Shown here: positions 7,638 to 16,947 of the stretch, piece after piece | How positions within the stretch are numbered: the first letter of the stretch is position 1 | How the letters are laid out: every line of letters begins with the position of its first letter | DNA from: Candidatus Methylomirabilota bacterium | Lineage (GTDB): Bacteria > Methylomirabilota > Methylomirabilia > Methylomirabilales > CSP1-5 | DNA: 64,000 bases | NCBI GenBank assembly: GCA_019456075.1 | Contig: VRUN01000002.1 | Location: forward strand, 1,418-65,417 | Reading direction: 5' to 3' | Notes under the pieces: generated by a model | Databases searched by the model: none | What the model was told of the DNA's origin: nothing | Seen by the model: the letters and a program-made list of their open reading frames with translations, nothing else | Translations under genes and position numbers: made by a program

Positions 7638-9482
7638 ATGGAAGAGATCAATCCAAATCTGAGAACACCCTTGGAGGAACTTTCCAAGCTAGAGCGCGCC
7701 AAGCTTGACTCCAACGGAATCCGCGGAAATCTCTTTCAGGATTTCCGGGATACTTCTGTGGCCGATGTTGCGTGGGAGTCCGAACAGCTCGCCAAATCCC
7801 ACGGCATTTATCTTGAATGGAATCGGGCCAAGACAGGCAAAGAAAAAGAATGGATGTACATGATCAGGATCAGTATTCCTGGTGGAGGTCCCATCACACG
7901 AGAACAATGGATGGTGTTTGACGAGTTATCGGAGCGGTTCACCGTCAACCCTGAGGGCAGTCCGTCGTTGCGGATTACCACCAGGCAAAACATCCAGTTC
8001 CATTGGGTGAAGAAAGCGCATGTTCTTGAGGTTGTGCGGGGGGTCGCTGAATCCGGATTTTACAGTGTGAATGGATGTGGAGACAACGTCAGAAATGTCA
8101 TGGGATGCCCCGTTTCTCGCTTCTCGAAAGTTTATGACGCCAATGCCTGGGCGCAAAAAGCTGGGAAATATTTCAGGCTTCCCACCGCAGCCTTCATTGA
8201 AATCTTTGCGATAGACCCGAACTATTTACGGGATCCAGAGGAGCGATTCCAGTACGGTCCCAATTTGTTAAACCGAAAATTTAAGATCGGCTTTTCGGCG
8301 ACACACTTTGATGAGGAAAAAGGGACGTATGTTCCGGATAATTGTGTGGAACTCCGCACAAATGACATCGGCGTCGCGCCGATTGTGGAAGATGGCAATG
8401 TCAGGCGATTCCAGGTGTTTATTGGGGGGAGCCAAGGAGAAAGGAACGGGAAGCCCACGTTTTCTGCGATGGGAGAACCCTTTTGCATCGTGACAGAGAG
8501 CGAATTATTAAAAGTCCTGGATGGAATCGTGCAGGTGCATCAGGAGTGGGGTGACCGTCAAAACCGTCACTGGGCTCGAATGAAATATGTCCTAAGAAAG
8601 CAAGGAATGGAGTGGTTCCGAGTACAAGTTCGTCAGGTCAGCGGCTGCGATTTTGAAATGCCCGACCCGGATCATGATTACGGGAACAGGCATCTGCATC
8701 ACGGTTGGATGGTCCAGCCGTCCGATGGACGGCTGTCCTACGGGGCCTTTATCGAGAACGGACGGATCGTCGACGGCCCGAATGGAAGACTCAAAGCCAT
8801 GGTCCGGTACGTCATGCATAAATATCCCGTTCAGCTGATGACGACTCCTAATCAGGATATCTTGTTCACGAATATCCCACCAGGCGTCGAGTCGGAATTT
8901 GAGCCCTACTTGAGAAGTTTTGGGTACGGCATGCGACACGGACGGCGCTACTCGCGGCTTCGCCTGCTGTCCGGTGCCTGCGTCGGAAGAGATACCTGCC
9001 AGCTTACGTATACGGATGCTGAAAAATTTGAACCCTCTTTGATTGACGAATTAGAGCAGAAATGGGGGGAGATGGCCGAGTCCATCGGCGTCACCGGGTG
9101 TGAACGGCAATGTTTTCGCCCTGCAACAAAGACCATTGGCTGGGTTGGAATGGGTCTAGACAGGTACCAGCTCAAATTGGGCGGGACCGAGGACGGGAGA
9201 CATCAAGGGGAGCCACTGATTGATCGAGAGACGGGTGAGATGTACCTGCGGAGTGTCCCGCGAGAAGAGGTGGGCACGGTCAGCGATGTGCTCTTTGAAT
9301 TCTATAGTGCAAATAGATTACCGGGCGAAGGGATGGGATATTTTCATCAACGAATCGGCAGGGAGCTGATCATTAAGCATCTGAAAGAGAACCCGAGAAC
9401 AGCCCAACTGATGAAAACCACCTTTAAGAGCCCGCGGAGCCGAAAGGGGGATGTGCATGGAGACCAAGAGTCAACTGGATGA
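7638..9482 (+). CDS. sir: Assimilatory sulfite reductase hemoprotein (siroheme/[4Fe-4S], ferredoxin-type Sir/NirA family)
   Basis: 614 aa. N-terminus has LERAKLDSNGIRGNLFQDF, followed by NIR_SIR repeats. Cluster Cys motifs are SGACVGRDTC and TGCERQCFRP. It sits next to cysH, sat and cobA. Confidence 0.8.
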   Translation: MEEINPNLRTPLEELSKLERAKLDSNGIRGNLFQDFRDTSVADVAWESEQLAKSHGIYLEWNRAKTGKEKEWMYMIRISIPGGGPITREQWMVFDELSERFTVNPEGSPSLRITTRQNIQFHWVKKAHVLEVVRGVAESGFYSVNGCGDNVRNVMGCPVSRFSKVYDANAWAQKAGKYFRLPTAAFIEIFAIDPNYLRDPEERFQYGPNLLNRKFKIGFSATHFDEEKGTYVPDNCVELRTNDIGVAPIVEDGNVRRFQVFIGGSQGERNGKPTFSAMGEPFCIVTESELLKVLDGIVQVHQEWGDRQNRHWARMKYVLRKQGMEWFRVQVRQVSGCDFEMPDPDHDYGNRHLHHGWMVQPSDGRLSYGAFIENGRIVDGPNGRLKAMVRYVMHKYPVQLMTTPNQDILFTNIPPGVESEFEPYLRSFGYGMRHGRRYSRLRLLSGACVGRDTCQLTYTDAEKFEPSLIDELEQKWGEMAESIGVTGCERQCFRPATKTIGWVGMGLDRYQLKLGGTEDGRHQGEPLIDRETGEMYLRSVPREEVGTVSDVLFEFYSANRLPGEGMGYFHQRIGRELIIKHLKENPRTAQLMKTTFKSPRSRKGDVHGDQESTG

Positions 9483-10209
9483 GGTGGAGGTCAAAGAACT
9501 GGCGATCCGCTTTGAAGGGGAAGATGCAGAGACGGTAATCCGATGGGTCCTCGAGCGCTTTCATCCCCGTATCGCCTTGGCGACCAGCCTCCAGGCGGAA
9601 GAGATGGTGATTTTGGATATCGCGTGGAAGACGAATCCCGGTGTGCGGGTGTTTACGCTGGATACCGGCCGGCTCCACGAAGAGACGTACATGATCATGG
9701 AGCAGATCCGAGAGAAGTACGGTATTAGCGTCGAAAGCTATTTTCCCCAGCGGCAGGCTGTGGAGGCTCTGGAACGGGAGAGGGGATTTTACTCCTTCCG
9801 GAGGAGTGTGGAGGAGCGAAAGTATTGCTGTGGCATTCGTAAGGTGGAGCCTCTTGGTCGCGCTGTGAATGGTCTCGATGCGTGGATTACCGGGCTGCGG
9901 CGGGAACAGGCGGTGACGCGAGGTATGGTTGGTAAGGTAGAAGCTGACGAGAGCCATGGAGGAATCATCAAGGTGAATCCTTTGGCTGACTGGTCGGGGG
10001 AACAGGTCTGGGACTACATCCGCGCCCACGACATTCCGTACAATGCTCTCCACGACGTGGGGTTTCCCAGCATCGGGTGTGCTCCTTGTACACGGGCCAT
10101 TAAGCCGGGGGAGGATATCCGGGCCGGACGGTGGTGGTGGGAGATGCCAGAAACCAAGGAATGTGGGCTTCACGTTACACCGGTTGAGGGGCACCGACCT
10201 ACTTCGTGA
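9451..10209 (+). CDS. cysH: Adenylylsulfate (APS) reductase, thioredoxin-dependent, Fe-S type
   Basis: PAPS_reduct fold. It carries the two extra Cys pairs diagnostic of APS- rather than PAPS-specific enzymes (YCCGIRKVEPL and SIGCAPCT) plus the C-terminal ECGLH. No APS kinase gene is present in the window. Confidence 0.85.
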   Translation: MCMETKSQLDEVEVKELAIRFEGEDAETVIRWVLERFHPRIALATSLQAEEMVILDIAWKTNPGVRVFTLDTGRLHEETYMIMEQIREKYGISVESYFPQRQAVEALERERGFYSFRRSVEERKYCCGIRKVEPLGRAVNGLDAWITGLRREQAVTRGMVGKVEADESHGGIIKVNPLADWSGEQVWDYIRAHDIPYNALHDVGFPSIGCAPCTRAIKPGEDIRAGRWWWEMPETKECGLHVTPVEGHRPTS

Positions 10210-10218
10210 GGAGGTTGG

Positions 10219-11388
10219 ATGAGCACGATCGCGCCGCATGGAGGTAGACTGATCAATCGGCTGGTCCCGCCGGAGGAGCGGGACGAGATGCGACGCCAGG
10301 CCGCGGGCTTCAGGCAGATCCACCTGAATCGGCGGCAGCTCTCGGACCTGGACTTGATCGGGATCGGAGCCCTGAGCCCACTCGAAGGATTCATGGGTCG
10401 GGGTGATTACGAACGCGTGGTGGACGAGATGCGCTTGGCCAGCGGCCTTCCATGGTCCATCCCTGTCACCTTAGCGGTAGAGGAAGGCCAGGCTGCCTCT
10501 CTGGCGGTAGGTGAACAGCTTGGTCTGGTGGATGGACATGGGGAATTGCGGGGGCTCCTCGAGCTGCAAGAAAAGTTTTCATATGACAAGAAGCGGGAGG
10601 CGCACGAGGTCTACCGAACGACTGAAGACGCCCACCCTGGGGTCCAGGCCCTGTACGCGCAGGGGGAGGTCCTCTTAGCTGGTCCGATCCGACTGCTGGA
10701 AGGGCCCCATTATTCGGCCTATGATCCGTACCATCTGACTCCCGAAGAGACCCGGCAGGCCTTCACGGACCGAGGATGGCCGACTGTCGTGGGCTTCCAA
10801 ACGCGAAACCCGGTGCACCGGGCGCACGAATACATTCAAAAGTGTGCCCTCGAGATGCTGGATGGCCTGCTCCTCCATCCCCTCGTGGGCGAAACCAAGC
10901 AGGACGACATCCCGCCGGAAACCCGAATGCGTTGTTACCAGGTCTTGCTGGACGGTTACTATCCAAAAGATCGCGTGATGCTGTCGGTCCTCCCGGCGGC
11001 CATGCGCTATGCCGGCCCTCGGGAAGCCATTTTCCACGCCCTCATTCGTAAAAACTATGGGTGTACCCATTTCATCGTCGGCCGGGATCATGCCGGGGTG
11101 GGGAACTATTATGGGACGTTCGACGCCCATACGATCTTCCGGAACTTTGCCAGAGAGGAGCTGGGGATAACCCCCCTCTTTTTTGATCATGCCTTTTATT
11201 GTCGAAGTTGCCAAGGAATGGCTACGACCAAAACCTGCCCGCACGGCCCGGAAGAGCGGGTGAGCCTGTCCGGGACCAAGGTCCGTGAGATGCTTCTCCG
11301 AGTTGAGCTCCCTCCTGCCGAGTACACCCGGCAAGAGGTAGCGCAAGTGCTCCTCCAATGGGCCAATACTGATCAATACCGAATCTGA
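10219..11388 (+). CDS. sat: Sulfate adenylyltransferase (ATP sulfurylase)
   Basis: 389 aa with motifs [12 protein letters not shown] and VGRDHAGVG, and an N-terminal PUA-like region. Confidence 0.9.
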   Translation: MSTIAPHGGRLINRLVPPEERDEMRRQAAGFRQIHLNRRQLSDLDLIGIGALSPLEGFMGRGDYERVVDEMRLASGLPWSIPVTLAVEEGQAASLAVGEQLGLVDGHGELRGLLELQEKFSYDKKREAHEVYRTTEDAHPGVQALYAQGEVLLAGPIRLLEGPHYSAYDPYHLTPEETRQAFTDRGWPTVVGFQTRNPVHRAHEYIQKCALEMLDGLLLHPLVGETKQDDIPPETRMRCYQVLLDGYYPKDRVMLSVLPAAMRYAGPREAIFHALIRKNYGCTHFIVGRDHAGVGNYYGTFDAHTIFRNFAREELGITPLFFDHAFYCRSCQGMATTKTCPHGPEERVSLSGTKVREMLLRVELPPAEYTRQEVAQVLLQWANTDQYRI

Positions 11389-11485
11389 CCATTCACCTTC
11401 ACGTCTCCTCGCACGCGCTGTGGCATCTATATTTGCTGGCGAGGAAGGGCACGGGATTCGGAGAGGATTTTAAGGAGGAAGAACA

Positions 11486-12586
11486 ATGGGTGGATTTCTG
11501 CTCGCGTTCCTTACCGGTGTGGCCGCCGGGCTCATCTACTCGAGGCTGGCGCGGCCGGAAAGTAAAATCCTCCGGCGACTCGCCGATCGGGTGAAAGACG
11601 CGGAGAATGGACGAGACCGTGTCCGAGCAGGGAACGGCTGGGGCGTTCCCTTCTGGAGGTCGCGTAACACTTCAACGAAGAGTGACAGTCCAAGGCGGCG
11701 TCCGACGCGCGAGACCGGATTTTTCAATATGGGGGATCTGGAAGGTCCACGGTCGGACCGCTTGGGACGGGTCTATCTCGTCGGGGCGGGACCGGGCGAG
11801 CCCGGCCTTTTGACCCTGAAAGGGAAACGCTGCCTCGAAGAGGCGGATGTGGTCGTCTACGATTATCTTGTAAACGAATCCCTCCTGACGTACAGCCGGC
11901 CTGAGGCCGAACGAGTTCATGTGGGGAAGCCAGGATCGGACCAGAGGTTGTCCCAGGAGGACATCAATCGCCTCTTGATCGAGCGCGCTCGCGAGGGGAA
12001 TGTGGTCGTCCGTCTCAAAGGGGGGGACCCGTTCATCTTCAGCCGGGGGGGCGAGGAGGCCGAGGCATTTGCCGAGGCAGGAGTTGCTTTCGAGGTCGTG
12101 CCGGGGGTCACCTCGGCCATCGCGGCCCCGAGCTACGCCGGGATTCCTCTCACGCACCGGCGCCTTGCCTCCACGGTGGTGTTTGTGACCGGGCATGAGG
12201 ACCCGACGAAGGAGGACTCTGGGGTTGACTGGAAGGGCGTCGCCCGGATGGGAACGGTAGTGTTTCTCATGGGAGTCGGCCGGCTGTCCCAGATTGTGGC
12301 CAGGCTTGTTGAGGAGGGGCGCGAACCGGAAACTCCCGTCGCCGTCATCCGATGGGGGACGGTCGCCCGGCAAAAAACCGTCACAGGGACCCTGCAGGAT
12401 ATTCGGGAAAAGGCGCGGGGGATGGGCTCGCCCGCCGTCATCGTCATCGGAGAGGTGGTAAACCTTCGGCACCGCCTCAGGTGGTTTGAGGAAGCGGTGG
12501 TCGGTCGAGAGACCATTGTGACCCGAGCGCGCGAGTACGAGACCGCCCTTGCCACGTCGGACCCGGAATCTCACCTGGGCTTGTGA
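11486..12586 (+). CDS. cobA: Uroporphyrin-III C-methyltransferase (SUMT) with about 80-aa N-terminal extension containing a hydrophobic helix
   Basis: The SUMT core starts at VYLVGAGPGEPGLLTLKG, followed by GGDPFIF. A strong SD (AAGGAGG, 7 nt, ATG 11486) favours the long form. An alternative ATG at 11729 lacks an SD. Confidence 0.8.
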   Translation: MGGFLLAFLTGVAAGLIYSRLARPESKILRRLADRVKDAENGRDRVRAGNGWGVPFWRSRNTSTKSDSPRRRPTRETGFFNMGDLEGPRSDRLGRVYLVGAGPGEPGLLTLKGKRCLEEADVVVYDYLVNESLLTYSRPEAERVHVGKPGSDQRLSQEDINRLLIERAREGNVVVRLKGGDPFIFSRGGEEAEAFAEAGVAFEVVPGVTSAIAAPSYAGIPLTHRRLASTVVFVTGHEDPTKEDSGVDWKGVARMGTVVFLMGVGRLSQIVARLVEEGREPETPVAVIRWGTVARQKTVTGTLQDIREKARGMGSPAVIVIGEVVNLRHRLRWFEEAVVGRETIVTRAREYETALATSDPESHLGL

Positions 12587-12639
12587 GAATGAGAGATTTT
12601 AGCTACAATGTATCCGTGCTTTGCAGGCTGGAGGCAGCA

Positions 12640-12879
12640 GTGGCGAAAAGACGGGTGCACCTGACGTTTCCCGGAAGGCTCAAAGACGAGCCACTCCTGT
12701 GGCAGGTATGTCAGCGGTTCGATCTCGTGTTCAACATTCGCCGGGCTGATTACACCGAAGGGCTCGGGTGGCTGATGGCGGAATTGGAGGGAGATGAAGA
12801 GAGGCTACAGAGTGGCATACAATGGCTAGAAGAGCAGGGGGTACAGGTAGCCCCCATAGAACAGGACGTTGTCCAGTGA
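12640..12879 (+). CDS. Free-standing NIL-domain protein (copy 1)
   Basis: ORF 12583..12879; likely start is GTG 12640 after GGAGG. VAKRRVHLTFPGRLKDEPLLWQVCQRFDLVFNIRRADY...ELEGDEERLQSGIQWLEEQGVQV resembles the NIL domain at the C-terminus of MetN. Confidence 0.7.
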   Translation: MAKRRVHLTFPGRLKDEPLLWQVCQRFDLVFNIRRADYTEGLGWLMAELEGDEERLQSGIQWLEEQGVQVAPIEQDVVQ

Positions 12880-12888
12880 GCTTTTTGC

Positions 12889-12917
12889 TTGACAGCATCA
12901 GAGACTTTTGCTGTTAT
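12889..12917 (+). promoter_or_regulatory. Candidate sigma70-type promoter driving the SAM riboswitch leader
   Basis: TTGACA (12889-94), a 17-nt spacer, then TGTTAT (12912-17), about 25 nt upstream of riboswitch helix P1. Confidence 0.4.
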
Positions 12918-12943
12918 TGCGTCCTAATTGAATAGGACTTCGC

Positions 12944-13070
12944 TTCTCATCAAGAGCGGCTGAGGGACTGGCCCTACGAAGCCGCGGCAACGGTCCCGCC
13001 GAAGAAGTCGGCGGGAAAAAGTGCCAACTCCTGCACCCTGTTCTCGCACGTTGGGGTGAAAGATGAGGAG
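12944..13070 (+). promoter_or_regulatory. SAM-I (S-box) riboswitch aptamer
   Basis: P1 is CUUCUCAUC paired with GAUGAGGAG. Conserved cores occur in canonical order: AAGAG, GGCUGAGGGACUGGCCC, ACGAAGCCGCGGCAAC, GUGCCAA, CUCCUGCA, GAAAGAUGAG. This matches the B. subtilis yitJ-type consensus as I remember it. Confidence 0.9.
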
Positions 13071-13095
13071 GGAGAATGCGCAGTACTCAAGCAGA

Positions 13096-13124
13096 CCCCT
13101 TCTCATAAGGAGAAGGGGTTTTTT
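13096..13124 (+). terminator. Intrinsic terminator (riboswitch expression platform)
   Basis: CCCCTTCT(C) ataag (G)AGAAGGGG is a perfect 8-9 bp stem followed by TTTTTT. It lies 26 nt after P1 and 20 nt before ATG 13144. Confidence 0.8.
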
Positions 13125-13143
13125 CTTGGGGCGTTGAACAGTT

Positions 13144-13377
13144 ATGGGAACGCGGCGGTTATCTCTCACGTATCCCTCCCACCTCATCAAGGAGCCGGTG
13201 ATCTACACGGTGGCGAGGGAGTACAACCTGGTACCCAACATCCGAAAGGCCCGGATTACGGATACGACTGGCGAGGTTATTGTGGACCTTCAGGGGCAAG
13301 AGGAGGATCTGGATAAAGGCGTTGCCTACCTCACACGTCTCGGCATCACGGTTGAGGAGGTTCGGCAGGGACCGTAA
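13144..13377 (+). CDS. Free-standing NIL-domain protein (copy 2)
   Basis: 77 aa: MGTRRLSLTYPSHLIKEPVIYTVAREYNLVPNIRKARI...DLQGQEEDLDKGVAYLTRLGITVEEV. It is paralogous to 12640..12879 and NIL-like. Confidence 0.75.
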   Translation: MGTRRLSLTYPSHLIKEPVIYTVAREYNLVPNIRKARITDTTGEVIVDLQGQEEDLDKGVAYLTRLGITVEEVRQGP

Positions 13378-13416
13378 CGAGGTCCGACCCATAAGTATCG
13401 GGCTCAGGAGGGTTCG

Positions 13417-14706
13417 ATGGCGAAAGTGAAGGGGCTGAAATGTCGGGAGTGTGGCCGCCCCTATCCGGCGAAGCCGCTCCATGTCTGTGAGTTCTGCTTT
13501 GGGCCGCTCGAGGTTGACTACGACTATTCCAGTCTACAAAAGGTCGTCAATCGGAAGCGGATCGAGGCTGGCCCGCCAACCATGTGGCGATATCACGACT
13601 TGCTTCCAATTGAGGAGGATGTTCCTGTAGGAAAACATTGTGGCATGACCCCCCTGATCCGGGCGAGACAGCTGGCAAAGGCGCTCGGGGCCAAGGAAGT
13701 CTACATCAAAAATGACGCGGTCTGCCACCCGTCCCTTTCCTTTAAGGACCGAGTCGTGGCAGTCGCCGTGGCCAAGGCAATGGAGTTTGGTTTTGAAGTC
13801 GTCTCGTGCGCTTCGACGGGGAACCTCGCCAACTCGGTCGCCGCCCATGCGGCAGAAGCGGGGCTCAAGAGCTTTATCTTCGTCCCGGCTGACCTGGAGC
13901 AGGGGAAGATCGTTGGGACCCTTATCTACGGCCCGGTTCTGGTGGCGGTCGATGGGAACTACGATGAAGTCAACCGCCTGTGCAGTGAGGTGGCTGACAA
14001 ATACGGTTGGGCCTTTGTGAACATCAATATCCGGCCTTACTACGCAGAGGGTTCGAAAACCTTCGGCTACGAGATTGCCGAACAGTTGGGCTGGCGTGCG
14101 CCCCAACACATCATCGTTCCCTCCGCCGGTGGTTCTCTCGTCACGAAAATTTGGAAGGGGCTGAAGGAGTTGCACCAGTTGGAAGTCATCCCAGAGTGTC
14201 ATACCCGGATGCATGTGGCACAAGCGGCGGGATGCAGTCCCATTGTGACGGCCATTCGCAATGGGACCGACACCATACGGCCCGTACGGCCCGACACGAT
14301 TTGCAAGTCCCTCGCGATCGGCAACCCGGCAGATGGATACTACGCCTTCAAGACCGTTGAAGAAAGTAAAGGGTACGCCGCAGACGCGAGCGATGAAGAA
14401 ATTGTTGCTGCGATGAAACTCCTCGCCACGACGGAGGGTATCTTTACGGAGACCGCGGGCGGAGTTACGGTGGCTGCGGCCAAGCGGCTGATTGAGACGG
14501 GGGTTATTCCCCGGGACGAGAGCATTGTGCTTTCCATAACCGGAAATGGACTCAAGACACAGGAGGTCGTCTTCAACGCCCTCGGGCCAACCCTTTCCAT
14601 CAAGCCGACATTGAGGTCCTTTGACGAGGCTATCGCGGAGAGGCCGGATATCGGGGCCGATGTCGTTTCCAGGTCACCAGCCACCCCTCAGGAGTCATTG
14701 GGATAA
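13417..14706 (+). CDS. Threonine-synthase-family PLP enzyme with N-terminal zinc ribbon; candidate sulfur-carrier-dependent homocysteine synthase
   Basis: 429 aa. Zn ribbon is CRECG...CEFC. PLP lysine motif is HPSLSFKDR, with a GNLANS loop. It is followed 14 nt later by a CysO-like carrier gene and lies behind a SAM-I riboswitch. Confidence 0.8.
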   Translation: MAKVKGLKCRECGRPYPAKPLHVCEFCFGPLEVDYDYSSLQKVVNRKRIEAGPPTMWRYHDLLPIEEDVPVGKHCGMTPLIRARQLAKALGAKEVYIKNDAVCHPSLSFKDRVVAVAVAKAMEFGFEVVSCASTGNLANSVAAHAAEAGLKSFIFVPADLEQGKIVGTLIYGPVLVAVDGNYDEVNRLCSEVADKYGWAFVNINIRPYYAEGSKTFGYEIAEQLGWRAPQHIIVPSAGGSLVTKIWKGLKELHQLEVIPECHTRMHVAQAAGCSPIVTAIRNGTDTIRPVRPDTICKSLAIGNPADGYYAFKTVEESKGYAADASDEEIVAAMKLLATTEGIFTETAGGVTVAAAKRLIETGVIPRDESIVLSITGNGLKTQEVVFNALGPTLSIKPTLRSFDEAIAERPDIGADVVSRSPATPQESLG

Positions 14707-14720
14707 TTGTGGAGGAAACC

Positions 14721-14996
14721 ATGAGCGTCCTCGTCCGGATTCCGACACCGCTGCGGAGCCTGACTCAGGGGCAAGCCGAGGTTCAGGGAGAAGGGAGCTC
14801 TGTTCAGGAACTCATTGAGAATCTCGAGGTGCATTACAAGGGCTTGAAAGAACGGCTCTACGAGGGAAAAGACATCCGCCGCTTCATTAATGTCTATGTG
14901 AATGATGAGGACATCCGGTTCCTTCAAGGAACGGCGACCCCGCTGAAGGCGGGAGATCAAGTCTCCATCGTCCCTGCCATTGCCGGAGGGAGGTAG
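14721..14996 (+). CDS. ThiS/MoaD-family sulfur-carrier protein, CysO-like, with Gly-Gly followed by one Arg
   Basis: ORF 14709..14996; likely start is ATG 14721 after [23 protein letters not shown]...[13 protein letters not shown]...IVPAIAGG-R is very close to the CysO pattern. Confidence 0.8.
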   Translation: MSVLVRIPTPLRSLTQGQAEVQGEGSSVQELIENLEVHYKGLKERLYEGKDIRRFINVYVNDEDIRFLQGTATPLKAGDQVSIVPAIAGGR

Positions 14997-15162
14997 TTCG
15001 GCTTCTTGCAAGGGAAGGAAACTCTCTTGACATCTGTTCTCCCTTTCCGGCATCTTTGTTTTCGGCACACAGGTTTTCGAGGATAACACGATTTCGAGAT
15101 CCCCTAGGCAAACCACTGGTGTGGGTGTGGTGCCTTGCTGAAAGGCTTTGGAGGGGGACATA

Positions 15163-15960
15163 ATGCGCATCGTCGTGTGTCTGAAGCAAATCATCGATCC
15201 GGAGCTTCCCGCCACTCAGTTCCGGATTGATGCCGAGTCGAAACGGCAGCAGTCGGATAACCATCCCCTCGTCATTAGCCCCTATGACGAGAATGCGCTT
15301 GAGCTGGCGCTGAAGCTCAAAGAGCAGACCGGAGGCCATGTCACGCTGCTGAGCGTCGGGCAGCCTTCGGCGGTCAGCGCACTGCGGAAAGGGCTGGCCA
15401 TGGGGGCGGACGAAGCCGCCTTGATCACTGACCCTGCCATCGAAGGGTCCGATGCGTTTGGTGTTGCCACCGCGTTGGCGCGGGGGATAGAGAAACTCGG
15501 CCATGCGGACTTGGTCCTGTGCGGCTGTGAGTCCGGGGATTGGGCTGACAGGATAGTGGGCCCCATCTTGGCGGAAACGCTGCACATCCCGTGTGTGACG
15601 TTCATTGCCCGGCTCGAAAAGCACAATGGTGGATTTCTGGCCCATCGCGTCGTTGAGGACGGCTACGAGCTCTGGGAGGTCGTGCCACCCGTGCTGCTCA
15701 CCATTCTCAGTGATGAGACCAATACCCCCAGGTATCCCAAGGTCAAGGACATCATGGCGGCTTCCCGGAAATCCATTCCCACATGGTCTGGGGCCGACCT
15801 GGATCTCGACGCTTCACGTATCGGCAAAGCAGCCGTGCGAGCTGAAGTCCAAGAGCTCACGGTTCCGACACAAGAGTCTCGCTGTCAGCTTCTGGAAGGG
15901 GAGCCGGAGGAACAAGTTGCGATGTTGGTCGCAAGACTCCGAGAGCGTAAGGTGATTTGA
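15163..15960 (+). CDS. etfB: Electron transfer flavoprotein beta subunit
   Basis: ORF 15148..15960; start is ATG 15163 after GGAGGGGG. It has an MRIVVCLKQ... ETF-beta N-terminus and an ETF fold. Confidence 0.9.
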   Translation: MRIVVCLKQIIDPELPATQFRIDAESKRQQSDNHPLVISPYDENALELALKLKEQTGGHVTLLSVGQPSAVSALRKGLAMGADEAALITDPAIEGSDAFGVATALARGIEKLGHADLVLCGCESGDWADRIVGPILAETLHIPCVTFIARLEKHNGGFLAHRVVEDGYELWEVVPPVLLTILSDETNTPRYPKVKDIMAASRKSIPTWSGADLDLDASRIGKAAVRAEVQELTVPTQESRCQLLEGEPEEQVAMLVARLRERKVI

Positions 15961-15963
15961 GCC

Positions 15964-16944
15964 ATGGCTGGCATCTTGGTGCTTGCGAAGATCGAGAACG
16001 GGGTCCCTTCCCGCTCTACTCTTGAACTGCTAGGCGCTGCCCATAGGCTCGCTACGGGACTTCAAGAACCTGTGTGTGCCGGCCTGCTTGGTCAGGGGGA
16101 TGCGGGTGTCCTGTACAGCTATGGGGTGGAAATCGTCTATCGGATGGATCATCCCCTCCTGAAAGAGTATCAGGCTGATCTTCATTTGCGTGCGTTGGAG
16201 CAGATTGCCCAGGCGGCTGAACCTCGAGTTATGCTCCTGTCCGGAGACTCCATGGGTCGAGACCTTGCCGCTCGCCTTGCGTTTCGTCTGCAGGCAGGAA
16301 TCGTCACGGACGTCATCGATATCGACGTACAGGCCTCGGAAAAAGCTCCGCGCTTTATGCGTCCGGCTTACGGCGGGAAGGCCATTGCCGTCATGGCTCC
16401 ACGGGTCGTTCCGATCGTGGCGACCTTGAAACCGCGAACCTTTGACATGGCTGCATCAGTGGGGGAGGGACACGGGAGAGAGGTTCCGGTGGAGGCTCCC
16501 CTCGATCCCGGACAGGCTCGAACGCGGCTCGTCGAGCGGGTGCAGGAGGAGACTACGGGCGTCAAGCTGGAGGATGCTCGAGTGGTGGTCTCCGGGGGGA
16601 GAGGCCTTGGAGGACCTGATGGGTTTAGCCTCCTGGTGGAGTTGGCCCGCGTGCTCAAGGGAGCGGTGGGAGCGTCGCGAGCGGCCACCGATGCCGGATG
16701 GGTTCCCTCTTCGATGCAGGTGGGGCAGACCGGAAAAACGGTCAGTCCCGATCTTTACATTGCTGTTGGGATTTCTGGTGCCACCCAGCATGTGGCGGGA
16801 ATCTCAGGTGCAAAGACCATTGTGGCAATCAATACCGATCCCGAGTCCTCCATCTTCAAGGTGGCTCACCTGGGGATCGTGGGGGATTACAAGACCATTC
16901 TCCCGCCATTGAGCGCTAAGTGTCGCGAGTTGATGGGTGGGTGA
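15964..16944 (+). CDS. etfA: Electron transfer flavoprotein alpha subunit
   Basis: 326 aa with C-terminal FAD signature [30 protein letters not shown]...IF. Confidence 0.9.
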   Translation: MAGILVLAKIENGVPSRSTLELLGAAHRLATGLQEPVCAGLLGQGDAGVLYSYGVEIVYRMDHPLLKEYQADLHLRALEQIAQAAEPRVMLLSGDSMGRDLAARLAFRLQAGIVTDVIDIDVQASEKAPRFMRPAYGGKAIAVMAPRVVPIVATLKPRTFDMAASVGEGHGREVPVEAPLDPGQARTRLVERVQEETTGVKLEDARVVVSGGRGLGGPDGFSLLVELARVLKGAVGASRAATDAGWVPSSMQVGQTGKTVSPDLYIAVGISGATQHVAGISGAKTIVAINTDPESSIFKVAHLGIVGDYKTILPPLSAKCRELMGG

Positions 16945-16947
16945 GGC

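Noticed and set aside
15036-15065. TTGACA at about 15039, considered as a promoter for etfB
   Set aside because: No acceptable -10 hexamer lies at 16-19 nt spacing (GCATCT / CATCTT), so it was not reported as a feature.
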